From Lytechinus pictus (taxonomy: Eukaryota), in NCBI RefSeq assembly GCF_037042905.1, contig NC_087250.1:23128001-23192000 (forward strand): a DNA stretch of 64,000 bases, read 5' to 3'. A program made the position numbers and the translations under genes. Positions 39,783-53,582 of the stretch are shown here, piece after piece. The notes under the pieces were generated by a model. It saw only the letters and a program-made list of their open reading frames with translations. It did not search any database and had not been told where the DNA came from. Positions within the stretch are counted from its first letter, which is position 1, and every line of letters begins with the position of its first letter.

Positions 39783-39864
39783 GTATCACCGCTGGTACGA
39801 CTTAATCACGACAGCGCCATCTATCGATGAAAAACGGGGCAGTGATGTCAAAACACCCGAATAG
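39783..39864 (+). CDS. SLC46 paralog 2, terminal coding exon
   Basis: Polypyrimidine tract and AG at 39781-39782; phase 2 matches the previous exon; TYHRWYDLITTAPSIDEKRGSDVKTPE*. Confidence 0.8.
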
Positions 39865-41477
39865 GCTGGAGTATTTTCAATTAATGTTTGACAGTTGGGG
39901 ATTTTTTTTTTTTTGCAATGACAGCTGATTTTTTTTGTCTCTCATGCACAGCAGAGCGAGACAAATGTCATTATAACTTAGAAAGTATATGGACATAGTT
40001 CACGAAACTTGGATATAAGGGTATTAATCAAGACAATATTGCTGAACATCCGAGTTCAGGGTTAATGAAATTTTAGGGGGGAAGGGGGGAATTATCACCA
40101 AACTCTTTCCAAGGTTAAGTTTTTGAATTGTCATCATAAATTGAGAGTTAGTCTAAGTCTAAGAAAATACTACTTTAATCGTTCAATATCAAAACCGTTT
40201 TACAGTTTGTGAAAGTTGTTATGGTCACACTAAACTATAGGTAAATCCCCTCCAGGTCATTACAAATAATTTAGCTCTGGTTTGGCATTCGGTTTCTTTG
40301 TACCTGCACCACAAAGTTTACACAGATCTTACGACATGTCAATAAATCTATAATTATTTTGAATGTTAATCATTCATTGATGTTTATCTGTTTTGTGATG
40401 TTTCGTGCCTTGAATAAGACTCCCGTCCGTTTGTGCTTTTGGGCTCATTTTTTTTAATAATAACCTTTTTTTCTGGGAACTGTTGGATATAGCTGTTTGT
40501 AGATATAAGTTATGCATGATTTACTAGAGTACCGAAGTGTGACATCGATTTTCACTTCTTGCCTGTCAGTGTTTTTGATACCATATTTTAGTAGAGCATG
40601 ATGAAATACCTCCACAACCAAAATTTGGTGGGAATTGGTCCATCAAACAAACAACCAACCAAGTAGCAATTTGCCATTAAACGGAGAGTCCAGCCTGCCA
40701 TAAGTATAAGGTAAAAATAGCAGAAAATTTAAAGGGGGAGTGAACTGTGTGTGATCTCTTATTGACTGTGTGTTATAAATACATAGTCTTAAATTATACA
40801 TTTTCAGATATCTATTAATACTACAGAGAATAAATTGACCTATATATTTTGTATAGAGAAACTCAATGTTTTGAGAGGAAAAGTAATTGTTTTGCTACTT
40901 GGTAACATAATTATTGCGGTATTAATGTATTGAGTAGTTAATGAACATGTTATCATTCACGTGGGTCTCTATTGCGAGTCTACACTAGCATTATGGGTCA
41001 GGAAACTGGCCAGGTATGAGTAGTTGAGGACTCGAGATGGCGCCATTGGTTCGTATCTGCTTTAATAGAAAATTTTGGTAAAGGTTTGAGGGAAATCCAT
41101 CACAGATTTAAAAGCTATTACAATTTAAATTGTTGATTTGTGACATCAAATGTAAGCATGGGCATCAGTGCAGAGGATTTGCATCCCCCCCCCCCCAAAA
41201 AAAAGAGAAGATATTCCTCTGCGCTTCCCCATATTACATATTGTGTGGCAAAATGTCAAAGAAAATTCATTTAAAAAAAAACTGAGACGGTTTTATATTC
41301 TAACTTCAGTATATCAACAGACAAATATTTCCCAACTGATCCTGAAAGAAAAAACTCTGTTGAGTTATCAAGAACCACTAAATTTTTTTATAATCTACTA
41401 CACACAAACCTACCTGTATGGGGCAACTGCTGGTATATGACACCACAAATAAAAATCCTGACATTCTAATAGCTTTC

Positions 41478-42030
41478 TTAAAGGACAAGTCCACTCCAAC
41501 AAAATGTTGAATTGAATAAAAAGAGAAAAATCCAACGAGCATAACGCTGAAAATTTCATCAAAATCGGATGTAAAATAAGAAAGTTATGACATCTTAAAC
41601 AGTTTTGCACATCCTGGTCGGTATGCAAATGAGGAGACTGATGGCGTCATCCACTCACTATTTTTGTATTTTATTATACAAAATATGAAATATTCTAATT
41701 TTCTCCTCATTGTCAAGTGAAACGATTAATTCCTCCATGGAATTTGCATTGATTAATACTATATGGTTCAGTCGAGTTGGTCCTTTTTGTCAAATATGTA
41801 AAAATGAAATATTGTACACTTCAAACAAAAAAAAGAAATTGTGAGGGACATCGAGCCGTCTCATTTGCCTGTCACTGAGTTGAGCATATCACTGTTTTGT
41901 GAAAAATAAGCAAAACTTTAAAAAGTCTTAACTTTCTTATATTACATATTTTGATGAAATTTTCAGCATTATGCGAATTTGATTATATTTATTCCAATCA
42001 ACATTTTTCTGGGGTGGAATTGACCTTTAA
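41478..42030. mobile_element. Kolobok-like MITE family A, internally deleted
   Basis: TTAA-AGGACAAGTCCAC ... GTGGAATTGACCT-TTAA. Confidence 0.85.
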
Positions 42031-44597
42031 TCTTTGCAGGATTTTCCTTAAAACTTACCAATGTTTTCAATTATTAATGTTATAACCTACGATACATCTA
42101 TATTTTTTGTAAAGATCATATTACTTCAAAGTCCTCTTATTTTTGTTTTTAATTCCTTTTGAGATAATTCTTTATGATTATTATCTACGACTCCGTTTCC
42201 TACAACTATCATTATTACCATCAACACAACGTTTCTTTAGAATCATTATCAAGCATACCGAGAACAATCCCAACCCAGATTACCGTTTCATTTAGAAATC
42301 CTTTGTATGGAATACTAGTACATGTTTTCCTCCTTCAATTTGACCCTAATTAATAGCTTTCATTTGTTTTCTAAAAGAAGAAAGTATTATTTCATACAAT
42401 CCACTCTTTAATCTATTGCTATTCTTTCAACATTAGTTAAAATATATATTTATGTTAAAATGTTCATTATGTTAAAGGTATACATTTCTCTCCATATCCC
42501 CTTTCCAACATTATACATTAGTATACTTTGATGGTTTTTTTTATACTGTTTTGCTTGTTTGTTTACTGAAATTTTACTCTGTACAAATTCATGTAATTCA
42601 GCCTTTGGCTGTTAATTGAATTTTTATCACAATAAATACCATTTATCTATCTCTTATACTTTTCTAATAAGTTCACATCCAACTTTTTGTCAGGGTAAAC
42701 TTCCCCTTTAAACAAGAACCACTCCACTCCTTTTCTTTTTTTAATATTTCAAACACGATTTACATGTTTTTAATCTTAACATTGCAGCGACACGCAATAT
42801 TATAGCATCATTTATATCAACGGTATTATTCATATTGACAAAATAATCAATGAATAAAAAAAATCACAATTATGACAGGAAATTGAGAATAAATACAATC
42901 CTATTTCAATACATGTATTTAACAAATAAACTGTATGGAATATTATAATCTGGGGATGGGGGTGTTTTCACAAAGAGCTAAGATGGATTAAAAATCAAAC
43001 TCGGATGCCCCGTTACATAATGATAGCTATATCATTAAGCATGATCACATTGGTCAGATCAAGTTGATGGGATACGCTTTCACATGTTTCACTCGATGAA
43101 ACCTTACATGCATGTTGGTACTGGTGCATTACTTTTTAAGTCACACTTTACCCTTTGTGAAACACCCCCTGGTCAAATATGAAAATTATCATTCACAAAA
43201 CTATATTCTATGATTCAAGCAATGTATTAGTAGTCTTGTGTGCACCAGACTTAACTATACCAATAACATGGCTATGTCATACTAGTGTGTGAGTCTGAAC
43301 AAAAAAAGCCTAAAAACAATCAGAGATGCATCCGTATATCACGTATGTGCATTTTACGACATAACAAATCTGAAAACACAATCGGTACAAAACGAAACTT
43401 AAAAAATGCGATTAGTTGTCTTTGAAATGTGAGATCTTTTCAATATCTTCATTTTTTTACAACTTCTAATATAAAAAATGACCTCTACCCTGATAACTGG
43501 CATTTATAAAGAAGGGGATTTGAAAAGGAATGAAGAAAAATAAGTCATTACATGAGATAGCGTCAAGTCTGGTGTGTACTGTGTTGTGATATCACAACAT
43601 TCATAGAGTGGCCCATTTACAATGTAGGTAAAAATAAAATTCCACTATCAATCAAAGAAGTTTACCCAATATTAACAAGTGATCCTGAAACACAAAAAAT
43701 TGCGAACGTGGGATTTCCCTCTTAAGAGGGGATTCCCCTCATAAAAAATGGTTTTCCCCTAGTTGATATACCATGTGACTGCTAAGGTGCATTAGTTGAG
43801 ACAGTAATTTTCCGTTTAAAAAAAAGGTCTTTTCCGTTTCTGAAAATCTGTTAATTCCATTTCAGCTTGTTCTAAAAAATTGAAATTCTGTTTTGTCACT
43901 GAAAATTTACAGAGCAAAAACCTGAATTCCATTTTGCAAAGGTGAATTCCATGATTTTTTTACATGAAAAGTGTACGAACCAAACGGAATTTCCCTTTTA
44001 TTTACCAGTAAAAAGGAAAATCACTGTCTCTACATTAGTGGCTACAATGGGGTGGGCAAGGGGTGTGTCCCTACGGAAACATAAACAGCTACATACAAGT
44101 AAAAAAAATAGAAAGGGAGGGAGGAGAAAAAAATCATTAGAAGTTTAATATGACCAACAAATAAAAAGAAAACTCCAAATGCATGATTTCAGTATTTCAT
44201 GCACTGCACAAACATCGGTGTTAATTTAACACCAGCCAGGTATCTATATCAGTCCACACCAGAGAGGTGTTGAAACAACATCGGTTTGGCGTTAGGCTAA
44301 CACCAATTAGTGTTAAACCAATATCGGTTTGATTCATAACTGGTGTTGTTTCAACGCTTCTCTTGTGTGGACCAATATAGATACTAGGCTGGTGTTACAA
44401 TCAACACCGGTGTTTTTGCAGTGTGTACTTGGCAGCACCAAAGCATATTGGAAGGGGCAAAATTCATTTTTGACCAAGTGAAATTCCACGACTTCCCCAT
44501 TGGGGAAGTCAAACTTCTCAAATTAAAATAAATAAATCTAACCTCTATGATAATTTAGTGTACAATACCAATGGGTATCATAGAGCAGTGATCACAG

Positions 44598-45074
44598 TAG
44601 GTGGTTTCAAACCGCCCCGATCATAAGAATCCCCGTTAAATTACGAGAACATTTTTAGGCTAAAAATACCCAATAATTATTCCTGCATTCACACCACCCC
44701 GAAACATACCCTTCGGGATAAGTTCCTGAAGTTACAAGCATGCGCAGTATGGTCTAATAAGCAGGCAAGGCGCGAGATTCAAAATCACTAGCTCAGCAAC
44801 CACCCACGGCACCCGCGCCCAACTACATGCTGGGCTAAAAGTTCCCGTAAATTGCTTTCACATTGCCAAAATACATGCGACCTTGGAAAAATCCCCGCGA
44901 AAGTTATCGTAATTTTGACAAGTACCTACTATTTAGTGGGTATTTTCTTTCGGGGAGATTACGCGTAATTTGCTTTCACATTGCCAATATTACCTGGTAT
45001 TTTCTGATCGGGTAAATTTCCCGATCAGAAAATACCTGGAACTGACGAACTTCGAGGTGGTCTGAAACCACCTA
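44598..45074. mobile_element. Harbinger-like MITE
   Basis: AGGTGGTTTCAAACCGCC ... GGTGGTCTGAAACCACCT TIRs. Confidence 0.75.
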
Positions 45075-45599
45075 CTGTGCTCCCATAATCACCTTCACTT
45101 ATTCATCATTTTGTTCACTCGAGAGGTGTGATGATTACTGATGTTTTGGTGGTGATGCATGCAAATTGGGGGGGGGGGGCAAAAGCATAACAGTTGATAA
45201 CTAGTAGGTAAGAAAAAAAGATTCCAATATAAAAAAAAATATGATAACCAATACCTCCTAAACTTTCAGACGTGCAGGCATAAACAACCGACAAACCATA
45301 AAACATCTGAAGATTTCAAATCTCTTGATAATAAGGGGAACGATGAATTTAAAAAGGAAGTAACATTGCCTGATAAATATCAATTGATAAAACTTGCAAG
45401 AGAATAAAATGACAATGACAATTCAAAATGCTGATAAAATAGAATAACATAACTTGCCTGTCCAATTAAATATATGCGATATATTACAAACAATTACAAC
45501 ATAGCATAGTTTATAATTGCTCAAGTCATTTTTAAGTGCACCACTAAACCCATCTCTTCTTTTCTCAATCTCTGAATAAAAAAATTGTTTGAGGGTATT

Positions 45600-46370
45600 T
45601 CACATGTGGTCTGACGTAGCAACAACAATGTATGCAAACTGGATATCATCGTCCATTCATTGATAACAGGTTTAAAAAGAGCTTGTGAATCATTATAGAC
45701 TTTCTACTATGAAATTAAAATCTGATGCATACTTTAATTCAAGCTGATCACATGAATGGTTTATGTGATGCCAAACATAGCAACAATGTATACATACTGG
45801 ACTCCATTCACTGATTGCGGGTTTAAAAAGAGCTTGTGAAAAGACTTCCTACTATGAAATTCAAATCTGATGCATACTAAAAATCAAGCTGATAAGTTGA
45901 AATATTTATGTGGTTGCCGAACATAGCAACAATGTATGCAAACTGGCCTCCAAATGATTCAAATTCTATGCACACTAAATCAACCTGATTATCTGAAAGA
46001 TTTATGTGGTTGCAAACAGGCCTCCAAATGATTTAAATTCTATGCACACTAAATCGAGCTGATAACCTGAAAGATTTGCGTGCTTGCCCGACATAGCAAC
46101 ATCGATGTATACAAACTGGAGTCCATGTATTAGGAAACCCATAGGGAATTTTATATTGGATGCACACTAAATCGAGCTGATAACCTGAAAGATTTGCGTG
46201 CTTGCCCGACATAGCAACATCAATGTATACAAACTGGAGTCCATGTATTAGGAAACCCATTGGGAATTTTATATTGGATGCATACTGAACCAAGCCGATA
46301 ACCATTACCTGAAAGATTTAAGTGGTTGCCTGACATAGCAACAATGTACACGTATGCAAACAGGAATCAA
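45600..46370. repeat. Degenerate ~120-160-bp tandem repeat, about 6-7 units
   Basis: Recurrent ACATAGCAACAATGTATGCAAACTGG-like core at ~45613, 45775, 45921, 46090, 46208 and 46332. Confidence 0.85.
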
Positions 46371-47713
46371 AGTATTATAGTTCACTCATTCATAACAGCT
46401 TTATAAAGAATTTGTGAATCGTTGATTCTGATTTCTAATTTAGAACAAAGTTGCCACCTTTAAATCAGGCAAAACCCTTTGTAAAAACCAAGAGATTCAT
46501 TAAAAAAAAAAAAATTCTGGGTTGCCTCTCCAAACAGAAAGTTTAATATATCATTTTCCAGCAAAATTAAACATGTCCTTAATCCTACTTAATTTGCATA
46601 ATATTAAAATATTAAAATCATTTGAGTAAGATATCTAAAGGAAAACCTTTCAACATTCAGTGAATTCATACCATTAAAATGATTCAAATCTTAGATGGAA
46701 AATCCATCCCATCTCAAATAAAGCTGGTTCAAATAAAATTATTTGTACTGTAATATGAGAGAAGCGTATTAATAATAATAAGAATAATAAAGATTGATTT
46801 GTTAAGCGCATAATAGAAAAAGCTTTCTATGCACATCACAGTAATAGTCTAAACAATAAAACCCTGACGAAAGTTAAGAAAACAGAGTCATAATTTAAAG
46901 AAAATGAGATCACCTTGAAACTATCCCTCAAAATAAATCAGCGATAACAAGCCGAAACTCTCAATGTTTACACAGAGTAGTGAGTTTATTTTAATTACCA
47001 TACTGGAAACTATCAATCAAGGCATTTGACTTCTGAAACTTGCTGTCAAAAATTATCATACAATGCAGACCTATAGAAGTACTTACATTACTCCTCATCA
47101 TAGAGTGCACTGAATCAAATCTTACCTACATGTACATTCGTTAACTCTTTGCCCACTTTGTTTGACCAGAGTAACATACAGGGGGCTGCCAACTTCAACA
47201 TTTCATTCACATTACACACAGAGTGTATTACGTCTATTGTACTTAAGCACAATAGTGTTGTGTGCACTGCATTGTTATGTGCACACACAAAGCTTTCCTT
47301 TACAATTAACCTATCAAAAGTTGTTGGAGTTGAATTAGAAAAATCCATCAAAGAATAAGATTGGTATTTTGCCAAATCTTGATCAATATGTATGTTCTAT
47401 TCCCGGTGAAGTGGATGGGTTCCCGGCAGGATCAATTCCTTGAATGCACTGAAAGGCAGCTCGAGCTAAAGCCAAGGTAATAATGATAGTGCCCCTGGGA
47501 ATACTAGTAGATTATTTTTTTCACTATGGTGCTATACAAATGCCTATAATTAGTATCACTATTATAAAATAAAATAAAAAACCTCTATCTAGGATGAACT
47601 TCCCTTTTGTTTGTTTGTACAATCAATAGTTGCCATGACAACGGATTCTGAATGGGTTTCAACCTTTCATCGAAGAACTCCAAAAGGGGCTTGTATGATT
47701 ATTGAGGGACACA

Positions 47714-48176
47714 TTAAAGGAAACCAAAACCCAAGAAGAGAAGCAATCTCATTGGAAAGAGTAAAATGAGAGGAACAATTAAAAAAGTTTCATCAAAATC
47801 GGTTATGAAAACAGCAAGTTATGGACGCTTATTAAAAAAGTCTTCTTGTACTTTCTATGGGGATCCTCATATTGGCAAACATGCTTCAAAATGGCTGATT
47901 TTGTGGACAACTCTCCATTTGTTTTGTACACAAATTTTCAGATTTTCCCCTTTATTTTACATATTTCACATTATCTCCTCCTGACCTTGACATATGTGGT
48001 GTGAATTATATTTTCCCATGACACATGTGCTCAGAAGGAGGCAAAATGCACTTTGAAAGATAATGGGGAAAATCTCATTCTATAACCGATTTTGTTAAAA
48101 CAAGTTTTAGATTGCTCCTCTCATTTTATTCTTTCTGATAAGATAGATTTTCTCCATGTATTTTGGTTTCCTTTAA
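47714..48176. mobile_element. Kolobok-like MITE family E, internally deleted
   Basis: TTAA-AGGAAACCAAAAC ... ATTTTGGTTTCCT-TTAA. Confidence 0.85.
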
Positions 48177-48493
48177 TACCCTTGGTACCAACACCCAACT
48201 TTCATTTCTATTCTCATAAAAGTACCACCAGGCACAGTCATTGCCATACTCAAAACTGAAACAAATTACATCTGATAAAGTTATGGATTTCCCTAATGGT
48301 CAAAGAATAAAACCCCACTCCTATACTGTATATTATCTTAATGTCCAGGGAATAATTTGTCTTAACAAATAAAATTTGAATAGCATTTTTTTGTCATAAA
48401 GATAAGCTCTCAACTGCATTCTGCTACAGCTACACAAAAGAATTTTTGTATAGCAGTCTTTAATACAAATGAGCAGCAAATTGCGATGCGATA

Positions 48494-49270
48494 CCAGGGT
48501 CCCGTCTTACAAAGAGTTGCAATTGATTTGATCAATCTCACCATTGTCGTAATTTTCCTACAAAAATTTTGCCCAAAGTGCTTTTGTAAGCAAAGAGGAG
48601 CACATCAAATAATCAAGATAACAATGAATGTATTAGTATAAATCATATCTAGAAAACATTTTGAACAAACATGCATTTTAGATATTGGCGAAGCTGGCTT
48701 TCCATAGTTGCGGTTGATCGGGGGCCCCGTCTTACAAAGAGTTACGATTGATGCAATCAATCACAACTATGGATGGCCAGCAACGTTAACATCTAAAACA
48801 TGAATTTGTTGAAAATATTTTTTAGATATGATGTATATTCATACATTCATCATTCTTCTGTGTGATTCTCTTTGTTTACTAAGCAGATTGTGCAAATTTT
48901 CAGTAGAAAAAAGTATGGTATGGATGGATTTCCATACAGTTGAGTTTGATCGGATCAATGGTAACTCTTTGTAAGACAGGGCCCTGGAAGAGTATTCCCT
49001 GGGCCCAGTCTTACAAAGAGTTACCATTGATCCGATCAAACTCAACTGTATGGAAATCCATCAGTGTCATAAGTTTTTCTATAGGAAATTTGCAAAATGT
49101 CCTTCGTAAACAAAGAGAAGCGCAGTGAATTTTCAAGGAAACAATGAATGCTTGAATATACATCATAGAAAATATTTTGAACTAACATGCATAATAGATG
49201 TTGACGTTGCTGGCCGTCCATAGTTGCGATTGATCAGATCAATCGTTAATCTTTGTAAGATGGGCCCCTG
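48494..49270. mobile_element. Cluster of three GGGCCC-terminated Harbinger-like MITEs; other copies at 52658-53364, 57916-58192 and ~22170-22262
   Basis: TIR GGGCCC(C/A)GTCTTACAAAGAGTT at ~48497, 48721 and 49001, with inverted ends at ~48985 and ~49270. Confidence 0.85.
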
Positions 49271-51575
49271 ATGTCCATATTCATTTGTGAGATACATTAT
49301 AAAGATATATGACAATCTTTAGGTGGAGAAACATGATTTCAGTGAGAGTGGTGCCCATTTCTTCATAGTCTAGACACAGTGATTTCCTGTTTCAAAACAT
49401 GTTCTTACCTGCCTGTGAACACCTGTAATTCCTTTCCAAAATTAAAAGCAATTTTTGTGTGTGTGTGTGTGCGTGTCAAGATCCAAGATAATTTATAACA
49501 AGTTTCATACATTGTAGTGCTTCATTATTGAACTTCCAAAAATGGTATAGTGTACAAGGGATTGTTGTTTTTTGCCCTAAATGGTTAATATATTTTGACT
49601 TTGGAACTTGCATCCTATCTACATGTATATTGTATAAGGCTGTGGCTATGCTTGAGTTTGTACATATATATGTATGCTTTAGGCATAACTAGTTTTATCC
49701 AAAGGGTGACACGATATTTGCTCCTGCGACAATTGCTCCGGGCTTAATTTTGTCTACGATGTAGGGTTAGGGTTGCAATAGGGTTTAGTGTTAGGTTTAG
49801 GGAAGGTTGAAGTTGGTCTTTTGATTTAGTGTGTGGAATTTAGAGCAGAGCAAAATTGTCGCCAGAGGAAACATCATGGAACCAGTCAAAGACACCGTTC
49901 TCACTACCTTCCTAAAACTAGCTTACTGGAAACTAGTTTGTAAGAAAGGGCCCAGTTTTAGAAAGTATATTATGAGAATGGTGTCAAAGTGTCCATTCTC
50001 ACAAGAATATAACCATCACCAATCTTGTGCCTGCCGAACATTAAGATTCGCTCATAACTGTCTTTTGATTGAAGACATGATTTAACAACGCTTCCAAAAC
50101 CATTCAGATGAAATTTCTAAAAGATGACATAATATTCTTCCATATCTTATATAGGAAATGAGGAGTTAAAAAAGTTCCTCATACTACTGAGAAAAAAAAA
50201 ACAAGCACTGACAAAATATGAGTAACACATATCACAATAGTAATTTTAGTATTCAGCATGTAACAGACATTAAAATGGCAAACAAATCATTTGACAGTTC
50301 CACTTTTCCTCTGGCGAAGTAAAATAAATCATCACCAAGAGAAGGATATTTGTCGGGACAAGCTCGACAGGATACAAAAGTGAACACCAGAGGGCGCTAG
50401 ATTTACAAGTCACCTAGCGGTGTTTATACACAACGGATTTCAAGAATTGGCAATGGATTTATTTCATGTTCTTTGGAGGCAGGATGTTGGTCGATAGTGG
50501 CCTTGCTACCGTAAACAAGCGGATGCTGTAGGCGAACTGCACAAGGGATTGCTTCTCAACGGATCCTCCACTGAATATTTGCATACTGCTCGATCTGTCC
50601 TTGGCATTTTCCAAGCAAAGACATCCAACAATGATAGCATTCCTTCTCTTCCTTGGGATACTAGCTCTAGCATCGGCTGTGAAGCGGTACTAGCAGAGAT
50701 CTTGCACTCCATTATCCTACTCTTGAATTTCTATATGCTTCATCCCACTCCTGACACCAATAGTGCATAATTTGCAGTAGTGCTACCTTCGTGAATTACG
50801 CCACTGAACAACCACAAACATTTCTCGCTTTCTGCTACACTTACACAAAGTCAATAAAACTGAGATAATCCCCAAGATATCATCAACATCTTATCTTGAA
50901 TAAAATGGTGATATATTTGATGTACACGCAAATATATGGCATGTACAGCAATTTTAGCTTGTTACCGAGCAGCGTATCAGCATCGGTTGATGTGTCCATC
51001 TGCGGAAGGATGCTGCCAGTGTCAAGTTGAGGGATTCGATGGTAAGTTCAGGTTTCCTTTCCTGCTTTAAGATACTGCAGAATCAGATTATCCACATCTC
51101 AGCCAATTCACATGTACATCTCTCATTGACACAGGCTAAGTCGGCCCTTGCGAAGGAATCGGTTAACAACGACCAACTGCGAACTAAAGACCGGCAAAAA
51201 AAATGAGCGAAACTTAACCCTTAAATGTTCTGTTTGATCAGAAGTCTCGCTCTGTGCTTGAGTCGCGCATTTGTACACCATGGGCGTTGACGTGGAAGTT
51301 AACACGACACGATCCATGCAAGAACTCTGTGGCATAACCCAGTCAACATCCGCCAATCCGTCCCAATCACGATAATGCATGATAATCACGATCAACGACT
51401 GCATCGGCTATCGATCACCGCCACCCCTCAGCACGATTACAAATAAAATTCAGTCAGTCATGATATATGGTTACTATACACATAATATAGAAGCATGATG
51501 TTCATACGTATCTCTTCCTTCAATTTTCAAGTCATTCCAACAAAAATAATGTATGAAAGAGTCCAGAGTCTGCGC

Positions 51576-51770
51576 TCAATTTAGGAGAGAATTATTACCC
51601 TCCATTCCGTTTTGACTGGCGTTATGTCCTTGTAATATTTTGTCCGCTTCCTCGGGCGGAAGGATTTCTACAAATGTGAAAGGGAAAAATCCTTGGGCGC
51701 CATCCTTGAGTAACTCGCCCTCCCAGTATCCGCTCATGTGCTGTTTCACCACTTTGACAATGTCTCCTTT
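51576..51770 (-). CDS. CRK: Crk/CrkL-type adaptor, last coding exon (C-terminal SH3, second half)
   Basis: KGDIVKVVKQHMSGYWEGELLKDGAQGFFPFTFVEIL...*; acceptor AG at 51771-51772; matches the Crk cSH3 G.WEGE..G.FPFT motif. Confidence 0.92.
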   Translation of the reverse strand, partial: KGDIVKVVKQHMSGYWEGELLKDGAQGFFPFTFVEILPPEEADKILQGHNASQNGMEGNNSLLN

Positions 51771-52419
51771 CTGTACGTCGAGAAAAACATAAATGGAGAG
51801 GATTATAAACGAACGGAAAAAATTGGTTCCATGACATTTGCTCCAGCGACAATTGCTCCGATGGTAAATCTGCACGAGAAGCCAAACCTGACTTCCAACA
51901 CTTAATAAACCGTAATCCTTATGTTTACATTATTTTGAACCAAAAACTCTATTACAATCCTAAACTCTAATCCTATGCCCTCAGAGATATAAAGACAGGA
52001 GCAAATGTCACAGGAGTAAATGTTGTGTCCCAAAACATCAAGGGTTGGTGGATATGTATATTACATTGGTATGATAAAGGACCTGTCCTAATGTAATTTA
52101 TTGAGTTTGAGGGTTGCTAAGCAGTAAGCACAAGTGTACTCTGATTATGATATGGAACATTTTTTATCATAATTTGCCAATTTTATCAACTCTATTCTTA
52201 TACTGTTAAGAAACGTATGAAATTGAATTATTGTTTTAATGGCCCAAACACGGAGTGGTGTGTGCAGCTCCTTATCATCAAAAGGATTGGATAAGATGAA
52301 AATTTGGGTCTGGTGGCACATATGTTAATCAAATTTGAATTAATAAACAGAAGTGCAAGTCGGTATCACTCGCTAGGCATGAAAAGATGCCAAAGGAATT
52401 AAAGTCCCTGGACAACATT

Positions 52420-52630
52420 AATAATAATAATAATACCAACATGCTTATATAGCGCATATCGCTGCCAAATGCGTCCCTATGCGCTTAATTGGATATTATT
52501 ACCCTGGCTTTCGCCTCGCAGCCTTCTACAGCGCGTTGGCATTTCAAGGAATAAATTCCTGCCAGGTACCCATTTACCTCACCTGGGTCGAGTGGAGCAC
52601 AATGTGGATAAATTTCTTGCCGAAGGAAAT
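52420..52630 (-). mobile_element. SINE fragment with conserved central domain and L2-like tail; degenerate plus-strand copy at ~47400-47560
   Basis: Minus strand reads GACCCAGGTGAGGTAAATGGGTACCTGGCAGG..GCGCTATATAAG..(TAT)n. Confidence 0.7.
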
Positions 52631-52895
52631 TAAACATTAAACATTAAACATTAAACCTGGGCCCGGTCTTACAAAGAGTTACGATTGATCCAATCAATCT
52701 CAACCATATGGAAATCCACCAATGTCATAATTTTTTTCTTTAGGAAATTTGCACAATGTCCTTAGGAAACAAAGAGAAGCATACTGAATTGTCAAGAAAA
52801 CAGTGAATGTATGAATATACATCATATCTAGAAAATATTTTGAAGAAACGTGTATTTTAGATGTTGCTGGCCTTCCATAGTTGTGGTTGATTGGA

Positions 52896-53337
52896 TTAAA
52901 GAGAAATTCCAGTAGTTGCAGTAAACACTGATTTCATGAGAAAGTCTGTAAACCAGGCTTAATTGTCAGTATATCATCGAGGATCTAGATCTGGTACAGT
53001 TACATAAACCGAACTTTGTGAAATCTTGAAATCTACGCTGAAAAATGTTCAGACTGAACTTCCCCAACACAGATAAGCGCACGTGGGACAGTGTATAATT
53101 ATTGCTTTGAGCGTCGGGCCCGACGCTCTACCCGAATCCTGTGCTTATTTGCTGATTTCTCAGCAATTACACAATTTCTTTCAGAATCCTTTGGCACATG
53201 CGTTTTATTTATACAAACAGACACTTTGGTGGTCATTTCATTGGATTCTGTACGAACTCATTTTGATATCGTTACCAAAACTAGCATTTACCTTTAAAGT
53301 TAGTCTTTTTTTTACCAAAACTAGCATTTACCTTTAA
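52896..53337. mobile_element. Kolobok-like MITE family F nested in a Harbinger-like MITE, with a duplicated right end
   Basis: TTAA-AGAGAAATTCCAGTAGTTGCAG ... TTACCAAAACTAGCATTTACCTTTAA present twice. Confidence 0.8.
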
Positions 53338-53474
53338 TTGCAACTCTTTGTAAGACAGGGCTCTGAAATGGAATGTTAAATGCTTAAGACTGGCTTCTCT
53401 GCATTTATCAAGTCGCCAGGTTTCATATGATAAGGGTTGGCCGAGTTACGGCGAAGTTTTTTTTTTCCCCTTAC

Positions 53475-53582
53475 CTCAAATTTTAGTTGCGTCGTGTCGT
53501 ATGCGTTGGGAATTCTTCTCTGTATTGCTTTACCATATGATGTGACTGAACGGTAAACCTCAGGGGGTGGTTCAACAGGCAA
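53475..53582 (-). CDS. CRK: Crk-type adaptor exon (linker and first half of cSH3)
   Basis: 108 bp, phase 0; LPVEPPPEVYRSVTSYGKAIQRRIPNAYDTTQLKFE contains the Crk-diagnostic IQ.R.PNAYD.T.L. Confidence 0.93.

Noticed and set aside
45600..46370. Repeat-spacer appearance suggesting a CRISPR array
   Set aside because: Inter-core sequences are homologous to each other, the context is eukaryotic and there are no cas genes.
49700..49880. TTAGGG-like runs (also ~5440-5530, ~6705, ~51900-51975)
   Set aside because: Short and degenerate, mostly inside GACAATTGCTCC-type interspersed repeats; not telomeric arrays.
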